Assembly (NCBI GenBank): GCA_963666345.1
Contig: OY762721.1
Location: 960,001 to 1,024,000, forward strand
Direction of reading: 5' to 3'
DNA: 64,000 nt
Origin: Desulfatiglandales bacterium
GTDB taxonomy: Bacteria; Desulfobacterota; DSM-4660; Desulfatiglandales; Desulfatiglandaceae
Made by a program: the position numbers and the translations under genes. Shown here one piece after another: positions 31,504 to 44,272 of the stretch (its first letter is position 1; each line of letters starts with the position of its first letter). The notes below the pieces were generated by a model that ran no database searches, was not told the DNA's origin, and worked only from the letters and a program-made list of their open reading frames with translations.

Positions 31504-33169
31504 TTAATTGTCTCCTTATATAATCTCCCGTGAGGGGTAAACCGTCATAACGGGACAGTGCCCCCGTAAAATCCACCCGGTACTCGGATCTCAGGAGTCT
31601 GGCCAATTGCCCGGTGCAGTTGTTCTCAATTGTCCAATAGTTTTTTTCGCCAGGGAAAGCGTATTCGGGAAGGGGCCACACCTCTGTAAAGTGGATCATG
31701 CCTGCATTCACGCCATCTTTGTTTAAAAGCCTGATAGCCTCCAGTATAGCCTGGCGTGAAGATCCCCAACCAACAAATATGATATCGGATTCATCAATGG
31801 AAACCTCCTCAGGCATACTGATTTCTCCCTTCAGACGGTTCATTTTGGCAAGGCGTTTTTGGGACATCGCTACAGCCATCCCGGCCAGGTCTTCGGTAAT
31901 ATGGCCCCTTTCGTCGTGTTCATCGCTATCAACACCAACCAAGTGATTGCTACAGCCGGGATAGAGGCGAGGAGATATCCCATCCTCTGTCAACTGATAC
32001 CGCTTGTAATCTCTTATGTGCGAAGGATCGGCCATGTAAAATACAGGCTCAATCCTGCCGAGATCAAACTCCTCGATAGAAAAGTGGGAGTCAGAGAGAA
32101 ACTGGTCCGTCATTAAAATAACCGGCATCTGATACTTATCGGCCAGATTAAAAGCCCTGACGGTCTTTATGAAGGCATCCCGCGGATCGGATGGGGCAAG
32201 AACCATTTTCGGGAATTCGCCGTGACCGGCATTGACTGCAAAAAGGAGATCTCCCTGTGAGGTTCTGGTCGGCAGGCCGGTGGCCGGCCCCGGGCGCTGT
32301 GCCAGCACGATTACAAGGGGCGTCTCGGTCATCCCTGCCAGACTCACCCCTTCAACCATCAATGCAAAACCGCCTCCCGATGTGGCGGTCATGGCCCTTA
32401 CGCCGGCATAGCTGGCGCCAATGGCCATGTTTACGGCGGAGATTTCATCCTCGGCCTGCTCGGCAAAGACACCGAACTCCTCCTGGTGTGTGGCCAAATA
32501 AGTAATGACCCCTGTGGACGGGCTCATGGGATAGGCCGCGATGAAACGACAGCCTGCATACACAGATGCAAGGGGGATCGCCTCATTGACTGTCAGAAGA
32601 AAATATTTTCCCGGCCGTTTGGGTAACTTCCAGGGACACATGTCCTCACAATCCTGGACAGCCTTGCGAAAGCCCTTTTCAGCCGCCAGATGATTGGATG
32701 TAATTATATCTTCCCCCTTATGGGCAAATATTTTTGTAAGAATATTATTAAGCCGTTTCTGCCCTATTCCCAAAACAGCTGCCAGCGCGCCAAGGGCCAC
32801 GGTATTGGCATAGATCTTTTTCCCGACCACCTCTTCTGCAATTTCCGTAAACGGAATGGCAATATTCCTCCTATCCTTGACCTCTTTTTCCGCAAGAAGT
32901 GTGCCCCCTTTCTTGAGCAAAGGGCCGTATTTCTTAATGGCCCCTTCATTCAGGGCCAGAAGGACATCAGCCTCCATCAATGGAGCATTTCTAGGCGTTT
33001 CGCTTATTCGAATGGAATAACTGTTCTGTCCGCCACGTATCCGTGATTCATATTCCTTCCAGTTGAACACTGCATAACCCTGAGCAGCGGCTGTCTGAGC
33101 CAGAATATCTCCGATTGTTTGCACCCCTTGACCTGCGGCACCGGCGATGACTACATTCAAGTCTTCCAT
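31481..33169 (-). CDS. 2-oxoacid:acceptor oxidoreductase alpha subunit
   Basis: GAAGQG, SRIRGG, YPMSPS, QAEDEI, TSGGG, QRPGPATGLPT. Confidence 0.93.
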   Translation of the reverse strand: MEDLNVVIAGAAGQGVQTIGDILAQTAAAQGYAVFNWKEYESRIRGGQNSYSIRISETPRNAPLMEADVLLALNEGAIKKYGPLLKKGGTLLAEKEVKDRRNIAIPFTEIAEEVVGKKIYANTVALGALAAVLGIGQKRLNNILTKIFAHKGEDIITSNHLAAEKGFRKAVQDCEDMCPWKLPKRPGKYFLLTVNEAIPLASVYAGCRFIAAYPMSPSTGVITYLATHQEEFGVFAEQAEDEISAVNMAIGASYAGVRAMTATSGGGFALMVEGVSLAGMTETPLVIVLAQRPGPATGLPTRTSQGDLLFAVNAGHGEFPKMVLAPSDPRDAFIKTVRAFNLADKYQMPVILMTDQFLSDSHFSIEEFDLGRIEPVFYMADPSHIRDYKRYQLTEDGISPRLYPGCSNHLVGVDSDEHDERGHITEDLAGMAVAMSQKRLAKMNRLKGEISMPEEVSIDESDIIFVGWGSSRQAILEAIRLLNKDGVNAGMIHFTEVWPLPEYAFPGEKNYWTIENNCTGQLARLLRSEYRVDFTGALSRYDGLPLTGDYIRRQLNARNGSL

Positions 33170-33262
33170 GTGTATGCCCTAATTCCTCGACTCATCTTTT
33201 CATGACGGGTTTATCGATTGGATAGCTTTCATCCTTAACAAAACCGGTTGGCTTCCGGCAGA

Positions 33263-33433
33263 TCAAGCCTTATCTGCACTGCCAGACCTGCCGTCGTCGC
33301 AGGGTTCGTCTTCATCGTGCGCTCTTGCCTGTTCCGCATCAGGGGCTGTGGTGCAAAAGGGCAGATCCTCCTCAGACTTCTTCTTTTTTCGATTATTATT
33401 CTCTTCGATTTTTTCCGGCTCTGTTTTTTTCAT
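33263..33433 (-). CDS. Small hypothetical protein with two Cys
   Basis: GGGAG RBS; MKKTEP...LPFCTTAPDAEQARAHDEDEPCDDGRSG. Confidence 0.55.
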   Translation of the reverse strand: MKKTEPEKIEENNNRKKKKSEEDLPFCTTAPDAEQARAHDEDEPCDDGRSGSADKA

Positions 33434-33526
33434 AGTCTTTTTCTCCCTGTGTTCCAGTTTGGTGGAATCAATAAGCAATTCAAGTTCCATTACGTCCCTG
33501 TTCGGCAAAAATTGACAGGTCGTCAG

Positions 33527-34351
33527 TTATTGACCATTTGTTCCTGGATTTTGCCCTTTTTTGGCTCGCGCTTTTTCAAGCGCCAGGGTACACAGGAATT
33601 GAAAAACATCTATGCCTTTGAGATCGGCTGCCTTCTCATTAAGGGCATATTGCATCACCCACGCGAGGTCCAAATCGTTTTCCGGCGAAAATTCTCCTTT
33701 CTTTAGGCCCAACGCCAGGGTTTCTTCGTCGAAAAGGATAAGATGCTCAAACGTTGAAACGGCGCCATTGTTAAGTTTTGGCCGGGCGAAAATCTGCAAA
33801 TCCCGCTCCAGGACGTCAAAAAGCAAGGGCTCGAAATCCAGAATGTCAACAAATAGATCCAGCGATTCCTTTACCTGTTCGATGGATTTCCGTTCCAGAC
33901 CACTGTGTGCATCCTCCAGGAGCACCGCAAGATCATCCTGTGTAGGAGTGAGATCCAGGAGCGCCAGCGCATTTGCGTGTAGTCTCTCAAGTGACACCTT
34001 CCCCTTGCTCACGAGCACATCATGATGATTCATGATCTTCTTGATATTTCTAATGCTGAACATTTCCTGCCAGAACGGGCTTTTGCGAAGGGCTACATCG
34101 GCCACGGTCGTGTGGTAGATGGCCAATTCGTTGTCGAAAACCAAAACTTCCATGATCTCGCCCTCCAGGGGACGTATGTAGAGATGAAGGTCCCTGAATT
34201 TCATGTGCTCAAGATCGGTCATGTCGAGAAGTTCCCGTATGAGGACATCGTCCACCCACCACTTTCCGGGCGGCTCTTTCATTGTGGAAACGAGTTTCCG
34301 CAAAAGTCCGTCGGCCCTAATCTTGGCCTTAAGGTTTTCTTTAAAGGACAT
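33527..34351 (-). CDS. Hypothetical protein
   Basis: 274-aa ORF with AAGGAG RBS before MSFKENLK; no motif recognised. Confidence 0.75.
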   Translation of the reverse strand: MSFKENLKAKIRADGLLRKLVSTMKEPPGKWWVDDVLIRELLDMTDLEHMKFRDLHLYIRPLEGEIMEVLVFDNELAIYHTTVADVALRKSPFWQEMFSIRNIKKIMNHHDVLVSKGKVSLERLHANALALLDLTPTQDDLAVLLEDAHSGLERKSIEQVKESLDLFVDILDFEPLLFDVLERDLQIFARPKLNNGAVSTFEHLILFDEETLALGLKKGEFSPENDLDLAWVMQYALNEKAADLKGIDVFQFLCTLALEKARAKKGQNPGTNGQ

Positions 34352-34391
34352 AAAGGCGCTCCTTTCCCTGAGGTTTCTGTGGATCCATCTC

Positions 34392-34525
34392 GGTAAAATC
34401 AATGTACTCAGGATTTGCTGAACTCGGCCGCAGCCTTTTTGTAGGCGTTAGCCAAATCCTCCATGGCCACATCAAAACCTGATTTCAGTTATTCCCACGC
34501 ATTTCCGCCGGAAGAACCCTGCCAA
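34392..34525 (-). pseudogene. 3' remnant of a paralog of the 49722-50177 lipoprotein gene
   Basis: Matches 49705-49831; encodes ...NAWE*LKSGFDVAMEDLANAYKKAAAEFSKS with an internal stop. Confidence 0.8.
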
Positions 34526-34565
34526 TCTCTGTTAATCAGCTTTCCACCATTTCGAACCTTAATTT

Positions 34566-36995
34566 TCAGGTTGTCGTTGAAAGATAATTCGGGGATTTAT
34601 CTTCTATATCTACTAACTCAAGGGTAATTTTCATTACCGAGTCGGGATTGAGAGATATCGAATTTATTCCTTCTTTCACCAGAAATTCGGCAAACTCGGG
34701 AAAATCGCTCGGCGCCTGACCGCACAGCCCAATATGGCGCTGGTTTCTTCTGGCTCCCTGGATAGCCATGGAAATCATTTTCATAACTCCGGGGTCTCGC
34801 TCGTCAAAATCGTGGGCCAACAGTGCTGAGTCACGGTCAACCCCTAATACCAATTGGGTCAGGTCATTGGAGCCGATGGAAAAGCCATCAAATAGCTTGC
34901 TGAATTCATCAACCAGGATGACATTATTTGGAATTTCGCACATGATATAGACCTGCAGGCCATTTTCTCCACGTTTCAGGCCGTTGTTTGCCATCTCCGC
35001 CAGAACTTTTTCAGCCTCGTTCACCCGCCGGCAAAAGGGGATCATTATGATGAGGTTGTTCAATCCCATCTCTTCTCGAACCCGTTTCATAGCCCTGCAC
35101 TCCAGCGCAAAGCCTTCCCTGTATCGATCATCATAGTAACGGGATGACCCGCGAAAACCTATCATGGGATTCTCTTCCACCGGTTCGAAGTAGTGTCCCC
35201 CAGTTAGATGGGCGTATTCATTAGTCTTGAAGTCACTCATGCGTACGATAACGGGTTTCGGATAGAAAGCCGCTGCGATGGTCCCGACACCATGAGCCAG
35301 TTTTTCCACAAAGTAGTCTTCTTTATCCTGATAGCCGAAAGTAAGCTCGTCTAATTGTCTCCGCTCTACCTCATCCGTTATCTTTTCAGGATGGACGAGA
35401 GCCATAGGATGCACCTTTATGTAGCTGTTGATAATAAACTCCATACGTGCCAGACCTACCCCGTCATTGGGGATTTTGGAGAGAGAAAAGGCTTGTTCGG
35501 GATTGCCAAGGTTCATCATAATCTCTGTTTTTGGCCGCCGCAGTTCTTTGAGGCTGAGCCTTTCAATATGAAATGGGAGAAGACCCTCATATACTGTACC
35601 TTCATCGCCCTCAGCGCAGCTTACCGTAACTTCCTGTCCCGTATGTATTTTTTCGGTAGCATCGCCGGCACCTACTACCGCCGGTATACCAAGCTCACGG
35701 CTGACGATGGCTGCATGGCAGGTCCTGCCTCCCCTGTTGCTTATAATTGCAGACGCCGTTTTCATTACAGGTTCCCAGTCCGGGTTGGTGCTGTCTGACA
35801 CGAGTATCTCTCCAGGCTTAAACGAAAAAAGATGAGCTACATCTGAGATTACATGGCTTTTGCCACTGGCGATCTTTTCACCCACGCCCTTACCTGTCGC
35901 CAGAATTAGGCCTTTCTTATCCAAGCGATATGTCTCCAGGATATCCATGGTTTTTTGTGACTCAACCGTTTCCGGGCGGGCCTGAACAATGAACAGATTG
36001 CCGCTTATTCCGTCTTTTGCCCATTCAATGTCCATGGGTCTGGACTCTCCGGTTTTTTTTGAATAGTGGTCTTCTATCTTAAGCGCATAGCCGGCCAGTG
36101 TCAGAATATCATCGTTTGTAATACAAAACCGTCTACTGTCCGCCTCCGGCACCGCTACGTTTCGCGTTAAAACTTTCGAGTCGCTTATGCCGTAAATCAT
36201 CTTGATGGACTTTCCTCCAAGATTTTTTCTGATTATGGCCTTGTACCCTTTTGCGTAAGTCGGTTTGAAAACATAGTATTCATCGGGGCTGACAGTCCCT
36301 TGGACAATGTTTTCTCCCAGCCCGTACGATGCAGTAATGAAAACCACATCACGGAACCCCGTCTCCGTATCCATAGTAAACATCACGCCGCTGGTGTCCA
36401 AATCTGAGCGTATCATCTTCATGATTCCTATGGACAGGGCTACCTCAAAATGATCGAAGTCGTTGTCAATACGATAGGATATTGCCCGGTTTGTAAATAG
36501 CGACGCAAAGCATTTGCTGCAGGACTCTCTCAGGGCGGGATATCCGCTTATATTTAAATAAGTTTCCTGCTGGCCTGCGAATGAAGCAGTGGGGAGGTCT
36601 TCCGCCGTGGCTGAACTACGCACCGCGACATCCGTGTCTTCGCCATATTCCTCGCAAAGCCTGTCATAGGCAGTCCTCATTTCAGCCCAGAGGTCATCTG
36701 GGATGCCGGCACCCAAAATCAAATCGCGTGCTATTTTCCCCCGTTTCATAAGGTCATCCAGGTTAGTCTTATCCAGACCCGCCATGGCATCCTTTAGTTC
36801 GTCAAGAATTCCGGCTGATTCTATTACATACCGGTATGCCTCGGCAGTTACCGCAAACCCATTCGGAATTTTGACTCCCTGGCTCGCAAGCTCACGGTAC
36901 ATCTCTCCTAGAGAGGCATTCTTACCGCCAACAATGGGAATATCTTCAATCTTGATTTCTTCAAACCAGCGGATATATCTCATATCCTTTTCCAT
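34566..36995 (-). CDS. ppsA: Phosphoenolpyruvate synthase
   Basis: VGGKNASLGEM, RSSATAED, GGRTCHAAIVSRELG, SIGSNDLTQ. Confidence 0.96.
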   Translation of the reverse strand: MEKDMRYIRWFEEIKIEDIPIVGGKNASLGEMYRELASQGVKIPNGFAVTAEAYRYVIESAGILDELKDAMAGLDKTNLDDLMKRGKIARDLILGAGIPDDLWAEMRTAYDRLCEEYGEDTDVAVRSSATAEDLPTASFAGQQETYLNISGYPALRESCSKCFASLFTNRAISYRIDNDFDHFEVALSIGIMKMIRSDLDTSGVMFTMDTETGFRDVVFITASYGLGENIVQGTVSPDEYYVFKPTYAKGYKAIIRKNLGGKSIKMIYGISDSKVLTRNVAVPEADSRRFCITNDDILTLAGYALKIEDHYSKKTGESRPMDIEWAKDGISGNLFIVQARPETVESQKTMDILETYRLDKKGLILATGKGVGEKIASGKSHVISDVAHLFSFKPGEILVSDSTNPDWEPVMKTASAIISNRGGRTCHAAIVSRELGIPAVVGAGDATEKIHTGQEVTVSCAEGDEGTVYEGLLPFHIERLSLKELRRPKTEIMMNLGNPEQAFSLSKIPNDGVGLARMEFIINSYIKVHPMALVHPEKITDEVERRQLDELTFGYQDKEDYFVEKLAHGVGTIAAAFYPKPVIVRMSDFKTNEYAHLTGGHYFEPVEENPMIGFRGSSRYYDDRYREGFALECRAMKRVREEMGLNNLIIMIPFCRRVNEAEKVLAEMANNGLKRGENGLQVYIMCEIPNNVILVDEFSKLFDGFSIGSNDLTQLVLGVDRDSALLAHDFDERDPGVMKMISMAIQGARRNQRHIGLCGQAPSDFPEFAEFLVKEGINSISLNPDSVMKITLELVDIEDKSPNYLSTTT

Positions 36996-37070
36996 ATTGC
37001 TTCCCCATTCTGTTGCGGAATTTAAAAAACCGGTCTTCCCCAAACACTCGGCGGTAACCCGTGAAACCCA

Positions 37071-38696
<1,626 letters not shown>

Positions 38697-38712
38697 TTAA
38701 GTCCTCCTTAAA

Positions 38713-39003
38713 TCACTTTTCTATGATACCCAGGATATCATCCTCTCTCATAATGAGATATTTAACCCCATCGATCTTGATTTCATTTCCCGCATATTTG
38801 CCGAAAAGCACATGCTCTCCCTTTTTGACTTCCAGCGGGATTCGTTTCCCGTTTTCATCCCATTTTCCGGGACCGACCGCCATGACTTTCCCCTCTTGCG
38901 GTTTTTCCTTGGCCGTGTCCGGTATGATGATCCCGCCGGTGGTCTTCTCCTTCTCCTCAATTCCGACAACAAGCACCCTGTCGTTTAATGGTCTTATTTT
39001 CAT
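38713..39003 (-). CDS. groES: Co-chaperonin GroES
   Basis: [35 protein letters not shown]. Confidence 0.97.
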   Translation of the reverse strand: MKIRPLNDRVLVVGIEEKEKTTGGIIIPDTAKEKPQEGKVMAVGPGKWDENGKRIPLEVKKGEHVLFGKYAGNEIKIDGVKYLIMREDDILGIIEK

Positions 39004-39051
39004 TTCTTTCCTCCGATTTAAAATGTCTATGGGAAACGGGAACCTTGAAAT

Positions 39052-39392
39052 CACTATGCCGCCGCACACATGCAGTCAATTAGTTCGCTTACGTTAACGG
39101 TTGCTATGCCGCACCTAACATCAGACATGCCATAGGGAATGACCAGGTCGCTATTGTGGAAAATCGCGCCGCAGGTATAAACAACATTTGGGACATACCC
39201 CTCGCGCTCTTCCTCACGCGGTGCAAGTAACGGCTCTTCAAGGCGGGGGCTCTTACCGGGTTTTCAAGATCGAGCAGCATGGTACCGATGAAATACTGCC
39301 GCATGGGTCCGACACCGTGGGTGAGCACGATCCAGCCTTTATCGGTCTCCAGGGGGGAGCCGCAGTTACCGATCTGAATAAACTCCCAGGGA
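39052..39392 (-). pseudogene. Near-identical copy of the 3' end of the long GH130 gene
   Basis: Direct repeat of 20704-21048 with scattered substitutions and a 4-bp deletion near 39248. Confidence 0.9.
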
Positions 39393-39513
39393 TGACTGAT
39401 GTTGCGATTCCCGGCAGAATAAGACAGAGGTGAAACGAGTGAGGCAACCTTCCCTTTTTATTGAAAAAGGTGACCCGGCTAAAACAACCCATGAGTCACC
39501 TTTGACAACCAAC

Positions 39514-39864
39514 TTATTTTTTGACAAGGAGTTCAAGCCCATCGGCGCATGCTCTGGCTACAGCATAGTCAGCCTTTTCCTGCCCGGGCATTTTATCCCA
39601 GCCACCCTTTTCGATAAATTCAGCCCTCTTCCATGAATCTAATTCCCCTATTTCTTTGAGTTTCGCTTCATGGTTCGGGTCCTTCATAAATTGGGCCACG
39701 CAGATCGCCGCCTGACTCGCCAAAACCGCTTCTTCGGTCATCGTTTTGGTCGTGCCGGAGGTTGTCCACCCCCCCCACGCAAAACCGATGATCATTGCGA
39801 TGACGGCCCCAACAATAACACCCCAAGCGCCATACTTCAGTTTTCCTTCAGTTTCCGGTTTCAT
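39514..39864 (-). CDS. Hypothetical membrane-anchored protein
   Basis: AAGGAGG RBS; N-terminal TM segment, WGGW motif, two Cys. Confidence 0.8.
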   Translation of the reverse strand: MKPETEGKLKYGAWGVIVGAVIAMIIGFAWGGWTTSGTTKTMTEEAVLASQAAICVAQFMKDPNHEAKLKEIGELDSWKRAEFIEKGGWDKMPGQEKADYAVARACADGLELLVKK

Positions 39865-40077
39865 TGATAATACCTCCTTGAATTATATTGTGATATTTCT
39901 GCCTGCGATGACCTTGCTGAAAATGAGTTGAATGAGGTCATCGGCCCCGGCCAGCACTTGACCGTTTTTCCCATAATGGAGATCATTCACACGATAACCA
40001 TTTTCCGGTGGGTTCTTTTCCGTCATTGCACAAAATACTCGAACCGCAGCGACGCTCCTCGCAATCACCAACGTATT

Positions 40078-40257
40078 TTATAAAGCAAAATGAAGTCGGT
40101 CAGGCCTAATAAGGTTTTCGTCATTTGGGCAATTTGTCATTGGAACCGATCTAATCTCGATGTCGCACTCGGGAAACATGATTCCCAGGCATTCCGTCAG
40201 GACAAATTCTTCCAAGGAATCGATAAAAGACCCCCTCAGGATCACTATTTTTTTCAT
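40078..40257 (-). CDS. 59-aa hypothetical protein
   Basis: GGGAGGG RBS; MKKIVILRGSFIDSLEEFVLTECLGIMFPECDIEIRSVP...; below the ORF-track cutoff. Confidence 0.55.
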   Translation of the reverse strand: MKKIVILRGSFIDSLEEFVLTECLGIMFPECDIEIRSVPMTNCPNDENLIRPDRLHFAL

Positions 40258-40280
40258 GATTATCGCCCTCCCTTAAAAAC

Positions 40281-41762
40281 TTACCGAGTACTATGCATGT
40301 TGCATATTTTGCGGAAATGATGGCCATAGATCGCAAGCGTAATAGTCAGCGAGAGCAGTTGAGGCCGGCTAAAAAGAGTCCAGAACAAGATCTTCCAATA
40401 TTGGAATCGCTCCTTTCCGATAACACCCAGGCGGACGCTTGAACGCAAGACTGCCAGCAGACTTTGAAAATCCAGGGGGATCCTGACCGTTGGGCGCTTA
40501 TACTCCCGCAGAAAGGTCATCGTTCGTTTATAGTAATGCTTGGGTGAATAAATGTGCCTCATTAAGTTTCCGTATCCTTCGCGCAATACATCAAGCCCCA
40601 TTACAGGAAGGATGTTGGTTGTGCCATCTGCGTTATCTCCAGAGCTAAAGTCGAGCAGGCGGCCCTCTTCTTTCATGCGTTCATAGAGTCTTGTGCCGGC
40701 AGGAGCGTTAAGCAGGCCGACCATGGCCGTCACGATGCCGCTCTTTTGGATAAATTCAATCTGCCGCTGAAAGATGGAAGGCGTGTCACTGTCGAATCCC
40801 ACAATAAAGCCGCCCGTCACTTGCAGTCCGGCCCGCTGCATGAGCTTTACGCTCTCGAGCAGATCACGGTTCTTGTTCTGCTGTTTGTTGCATTCAGCCA
40901 GGCTTTCTTCATTGGGAGTTTCGATTCCAACGAAGACCGCATCAAAACCCGCTTCGACCATCATCTCCATCAGCGGCTCGTCATCGGCCAGATTGACCGA
41001 GGCCTCTGTGTTAAAAGGTATTTCCTTCCTGCCTTTCTGCCATTGGATGAGCGCGGGCAGAAGATGGTTTTTCAGATAGCCTTTGTTGCCGATAAAATTG
41101 TCATCCACAAAAAAGACCTGTCCTCGCCATCCCAGATTGTAAAGGTTATCCAGCTCGGCAATAATCTGCTCGGCCGTTTTGATACGGACCCGATGCCCTA
41201 ATAGCGCGGTTATGTTACAGAACTCGCAATTGAACGGACAGCCGCGGGAGAACTGGATGCTCATCGAGGCATAGTGTTTCAAATCCATCAACTCCCACAG
41301 AGGGGCAGGGGTTCTATGAATGTCGCAAAACTCGGTCGTCTCGTAGATGTGCCGGGCGCACCCCTTCTCCAGATCCTCCAGAAAGGGGGGAAGGGTAAGT
41401 TCGGCCTCATTGAGTACAAAATGGTCCACATCCTCAAATTGATCGTATTCGCTGGTGAATAGGGGCCCGCCGGCTATGACCCTGAGATTCGCCTCCTTAC
41501 ACCGGGCAATGATTTCACGTGCCGACTCTCTTTGCACAACCATGCCGCTGATAAAAGCGCAATCAGCCCACGCCAGGTCTTTTTCGGTGAGCTTTGCCAC
41601 ATTCAAATCAACCAGCTTTTTAGGCCATTCTTCGGGCAGCATCGCCCCTATTGTCAGAAGGCCCAGGGGCGGCAGGGCCGCCCTTTTGTGAATGAATTTG
41701 AGAGCGTACTTGAAACTCCAGAAGGTGGCCGGGTACTCCGGATAAATCATCAAGATTCTCAT
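40281..41762 (-). CDS. B12-binding radical SAM protein (DUF4070-type C-terminus)
   Basis: PPLGLLT, AGGP, SRGCPFNCEFC, FFVDDN, FIVGFD. Confidence 0.92.
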   Translation of the reverse strand: MRILMIYPEYPATFWSFKYALKFIHKRAALPPLGLLTIGAMLPEEWPKKLVDLNVAKLTEKDLAWADCAFISGMVVQRESAREIIARCKEANLRVIAGGPLFTSEYDQFEDVDHFVLNEAELTLPPFLEDLEKGCARHIYETTEFCDIHRTPAPLWELMDLKHYASMSIQFSRGCPFNCEFCNITALLGHRVRIKTAEQIIAELDNLYNLGWRGQVFFVDDNFIGNKGYLKNHLLPALIQWQKGRKEIPFNTEASVNLADDEPLMEMMVEAGFDAVFVGIETPNEESLAECNKQQNKNRDLLESVKLMQRAGLQVTGGFIVGFDSDTPSIFQRQIEFIQKSGIVTAMVGLLNAPAGTRLYERMKEEGRLLDFSSGDNADGTTNILPVMGLDVLREGYGNLMRHIYSPKHYYKRTMTFLREYKRPTVRIPLDFQSLLAVLRSSVRLGVIGKERFQYWKILFWTLFSRPQLLSLTITLAIYGHHFRKICNMHSTR

Positions 41763-41796
41763 AGGCTCTCCTTTCGCATATCAAAATTATCATTGC

Positions 41797-42753
41797 TCAT
41801 TTCGGGATGGTCTTAAGGAACCGGTAATAGTCGGAGTCGGTTCCAAGGATAACAAAGGCGTTCTTATATGCGGCCCCCTTGTAGGTCTCCAGCGTCTTGA
41901 AAAAGGCGTAGAAGGCCGGATCCTGACCGTAAGCGTCTCCATAGATCATGGTCGCCTCGGCATCCGCCCCTCCGCGGATCTCCTCGGCCGTCCGGTATGC
42001 TCCCGAGATGATGGACTTCAGCTCCTTTTCCATCTGACCGAGAATCTCTGCCTTTTTGCCCTCTCCCTCCGATCGAAACTGGGCGGCCTTGCGTTTTCTT
42101 TCCGATACCATCCGCTCGTAAACCTTCTTGCGGACTTGCTCGACATAGTTAATCCGCTTGATGCGAACATCGACCAGGTCCATACCAAAGGCTGACATGG
42201 CCTTTGACGCCTCGGCCAGAATCGCCCGGGTGATCTTCTCTCTGCCCAGTCGAACGGTTTCAGGGGCGGTTGCTTCGTCCTGGAACGGGGAGAGGACCTT
42301 GCCTTCCACATTCTCCACGCTAGGCATCTCGTTGGTGGTCCGGACGAGCTCCACCAGAGGATTCGCCGAAACATAATCCCGGAGAACAGCGTCAATGATA
42401 TCATCCAGCTTGGCGTATGCCTGAGAGGCAGTGCCAAGGACCTCCAGGAATTTCTGTGCATCCACGATTCGCCACCGGGCCGTTGTATCAACGTAGATAA
42501 ACCGCTTATCCCTTGTGGGTATCTCTTTGGGGTCTCCATCCCACCTCATAATCCGTTTCTCATAACGATGGATCTCCTGAATGAAAGGAATCTTGAACCT
42601 GAGGCCCGCCTCGGTCTTTGGTTTTCCAACCGGCCTTCCAAACTGGGTGATCACCACCTGGTCCCATTCGCTGACAGTATAGAAAGCACCTGAAAACAAG
42701 AGGATCAGAAAGACAGCGACTACAACACCTATGAAAGCTCCAATTCGTCTCAT
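41797..42753 (-). CDS. hflC: FtsH modulator HflC
   Basis: N-terminal TM, TQFGRP, DVRIKRI, RMVSER, YGQDPAFYAF. Confidence 0.93.
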   Translation of the reverse strand: MRRIGAFIGVVVAVFLILLFSGAFYTVSEWDQVVITQFGRPVGKPKTEAGLRFKIPFIQEIHRYEKRIMRWDGDPKEIPTRDKRFIYVDTTARWRIVDAQKFLEVLGTASQAYAKLDDIIDAVLRDYVSANPLVELVRTTNEMPSVENVEGKVLSPFQDEATAPETVRLGREKITRAILAEASKAMSAFGMDLVDVRIKRINYVEQVRKKVYERMVSERKRKAAQFRSEGEGKKAEILGQMEKELKSIISGAYRTAEEIRGGADAEATMIYGDAYGQDPAFYAFFKTLETYKGAAYKNAFVILGTDSDYYRFLKTIPK

Positions 42754-43793
42754 CGGACCTCACCCCCCTTCGCGACCTGCTGATTGAGTTGGAGAAGCGG
42801 CAGCAAGCCTTTCTGCTCACTGTCGATAATGTAGATCTGCTTGGCGTTGGGCAGGACCGTCTGATAGGCCTCCAGATAAAGGCGCTGTTTGGTTACTTCT
42901 TTCGCGTTTCCGTATTCTTTGAGAACGGCCGAGAACCTGGCCGCATCACCCTTGGCGTGGTTCACCCGCTCGAGCGCGAATCCCCGGGCGCCGTTGATGG
43001 CCCTTTCCGCCTCTCCCTTGGCCTGCGGAATCTGTCTGTTGTACGTCTCCTGTGCCTCGTTAATGAGCCTCTCCTTTTCCTGCTGGGCCTCGTTTACCTC
43101 GTTAAAGGCGCCTTTTACGGGATCGGGAGGCACCACGTTCTGGAGTCTCACGTTGACAATGCGGATTCCTGTTTCATACTCATCCATAATCTTTTGAAGC
43201 TCCTCCCGAGCCATCTTGTTCACCTCTTCCCGGTTTTGGAGTACATAGTCAAAGCTCCTGTTCCCCACGATGCGCCGATTCACGGATTCGCTGATATCCC
43301 GGATTGCCATAATCGGGTCCCGTACATTAAAGAGGTATTTCCTGGGGTCTTCCCTCCGGAACTGGATGATCCACTCCACATCGATGACGTTCAGGTCCCC
43401 GGTGAGCATGAGAGATTCCCGCTCCGTCGCGGCGCCCTTTTCATACTGGGTCCGAATACCGGGACGGACGCTTTTGAAACCAAAGGTTTCCGTGTCCACC
43501 TGTTCCGTGTGCACCTTGAAAACCTTGTCGACCCCAAGGGGGATCTTGAAGTGAAGCCCCGGCAGGGCCATACCGGAATAACTGCCGAATCGCAGAAGGA
43601 CCCCCTTGTGACCGGGGGCAATGGTGTACATGGCGGTGTAAGCCAAAAGGATCGCAAGAACGACACCGATCACTACGGGCCAAAGCGGTTTTCCCATCTT
43701 TCCGAGGCCCAGTGAATCTCCCGCCTTCTTGATCATTTCGGAAAAATCTGGAAGGCCCTCTCGCTGTCCTCCCTGGTTATTATCCCAAGACAT
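42750..43793 (-). CDS. hflK: FtsH modulator HflK
   Basis: MSWDN, PGLHFKIP, MLTGDLN, AKGDAARF, RLYLE. Confidence 0.93.
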   Translation of the reverse strand: MSWDNNQGGQREGLPDFSEMIKKAGDSLGLGKMGKPLWPVVIGVVLAILLAYTAMYTIAPGHKGVLLRFGSYSGMALPGLHFKIPLGVDKVFKVHTEQVDTETFGFKSVRPGIRTQYEKGAATERESLMLTGDLNVIDVEWIIQFRREDPRKYLFNVRDPIMAIRDISESVNRRIVGNRSFDYVLQNREEVNKMAREELQKIMDEYETGIRIVNVRLQNVVPPDPVKGAFNEVNEAQQEKERLINEAQETYNRQIPQAKGEAERAINGARGFALERVNHAKGDAARFSAVLKEYGNAKEVTKQRLYLEAYQTVLPNAKQIYIIDSEQKGLLPLLQLNQQVAKGGEVR

Positions 43794-43811
43794 GGATATT
43801 CTCCTTTCTTT

Positions 43812-44156
43812 TTAGAAATTCCCCTTAGAGGTTCCCTTGCCCCTGAGGGCATTGACGATCTCCACCCCTTCCGAATGTGAGACTGTGTGGATTTTCACTT
43901 CCCAAGGTTTGACCAAAAGGCTCTTTGTGCCGACTATAACGCCGAATCTTTCAGATCGTATATGATGTTCCAGATCTTCTCGGGTTTCCCACTCCTCAAT
44001 CAGATTGAAAACTGTTTTGCCGTCCATATCGCAAAAAACATCATATTGCACACATCCCTTCTCTTTTTTTACCGGCTCAATCATGGAGAAAAGTGTCTGC
44101 CTCATCTCCGTCCTTTTTTCTATGAGTGACTTCATGGTAATCCGCATGATAATCAC
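43812..44156 (-). CDS. Antibiotic biosynthesis monooxygenase (ABM) family protein
   Basis: EKGC, IEEWETREDLEHHIRS; GTG start with AGGAGG RBS. Confidence 0.85.
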   Translation of the reverse strand: MIIMRITMKSLIEKRTEMRQTLFSMIEPVKKEKGCVQYDVFCDMDGKTVFNLIEEWETREDLEHHIRSERFGVIVGTKSLLVKPWEVKIHTVSHSEGVEIVNALRGKGTSKGNF

Positions 44157-44272
44157 GAGAGCCCTCCTGTCCGTAAAATCCCGTCAAAGGTTCGGGTCAC
44201 AGTATATGCCCGGATTCGAACATATCTCCGCCCTGTCCGCCGTTTAAAAAATCAAACACTGAATATTATCTA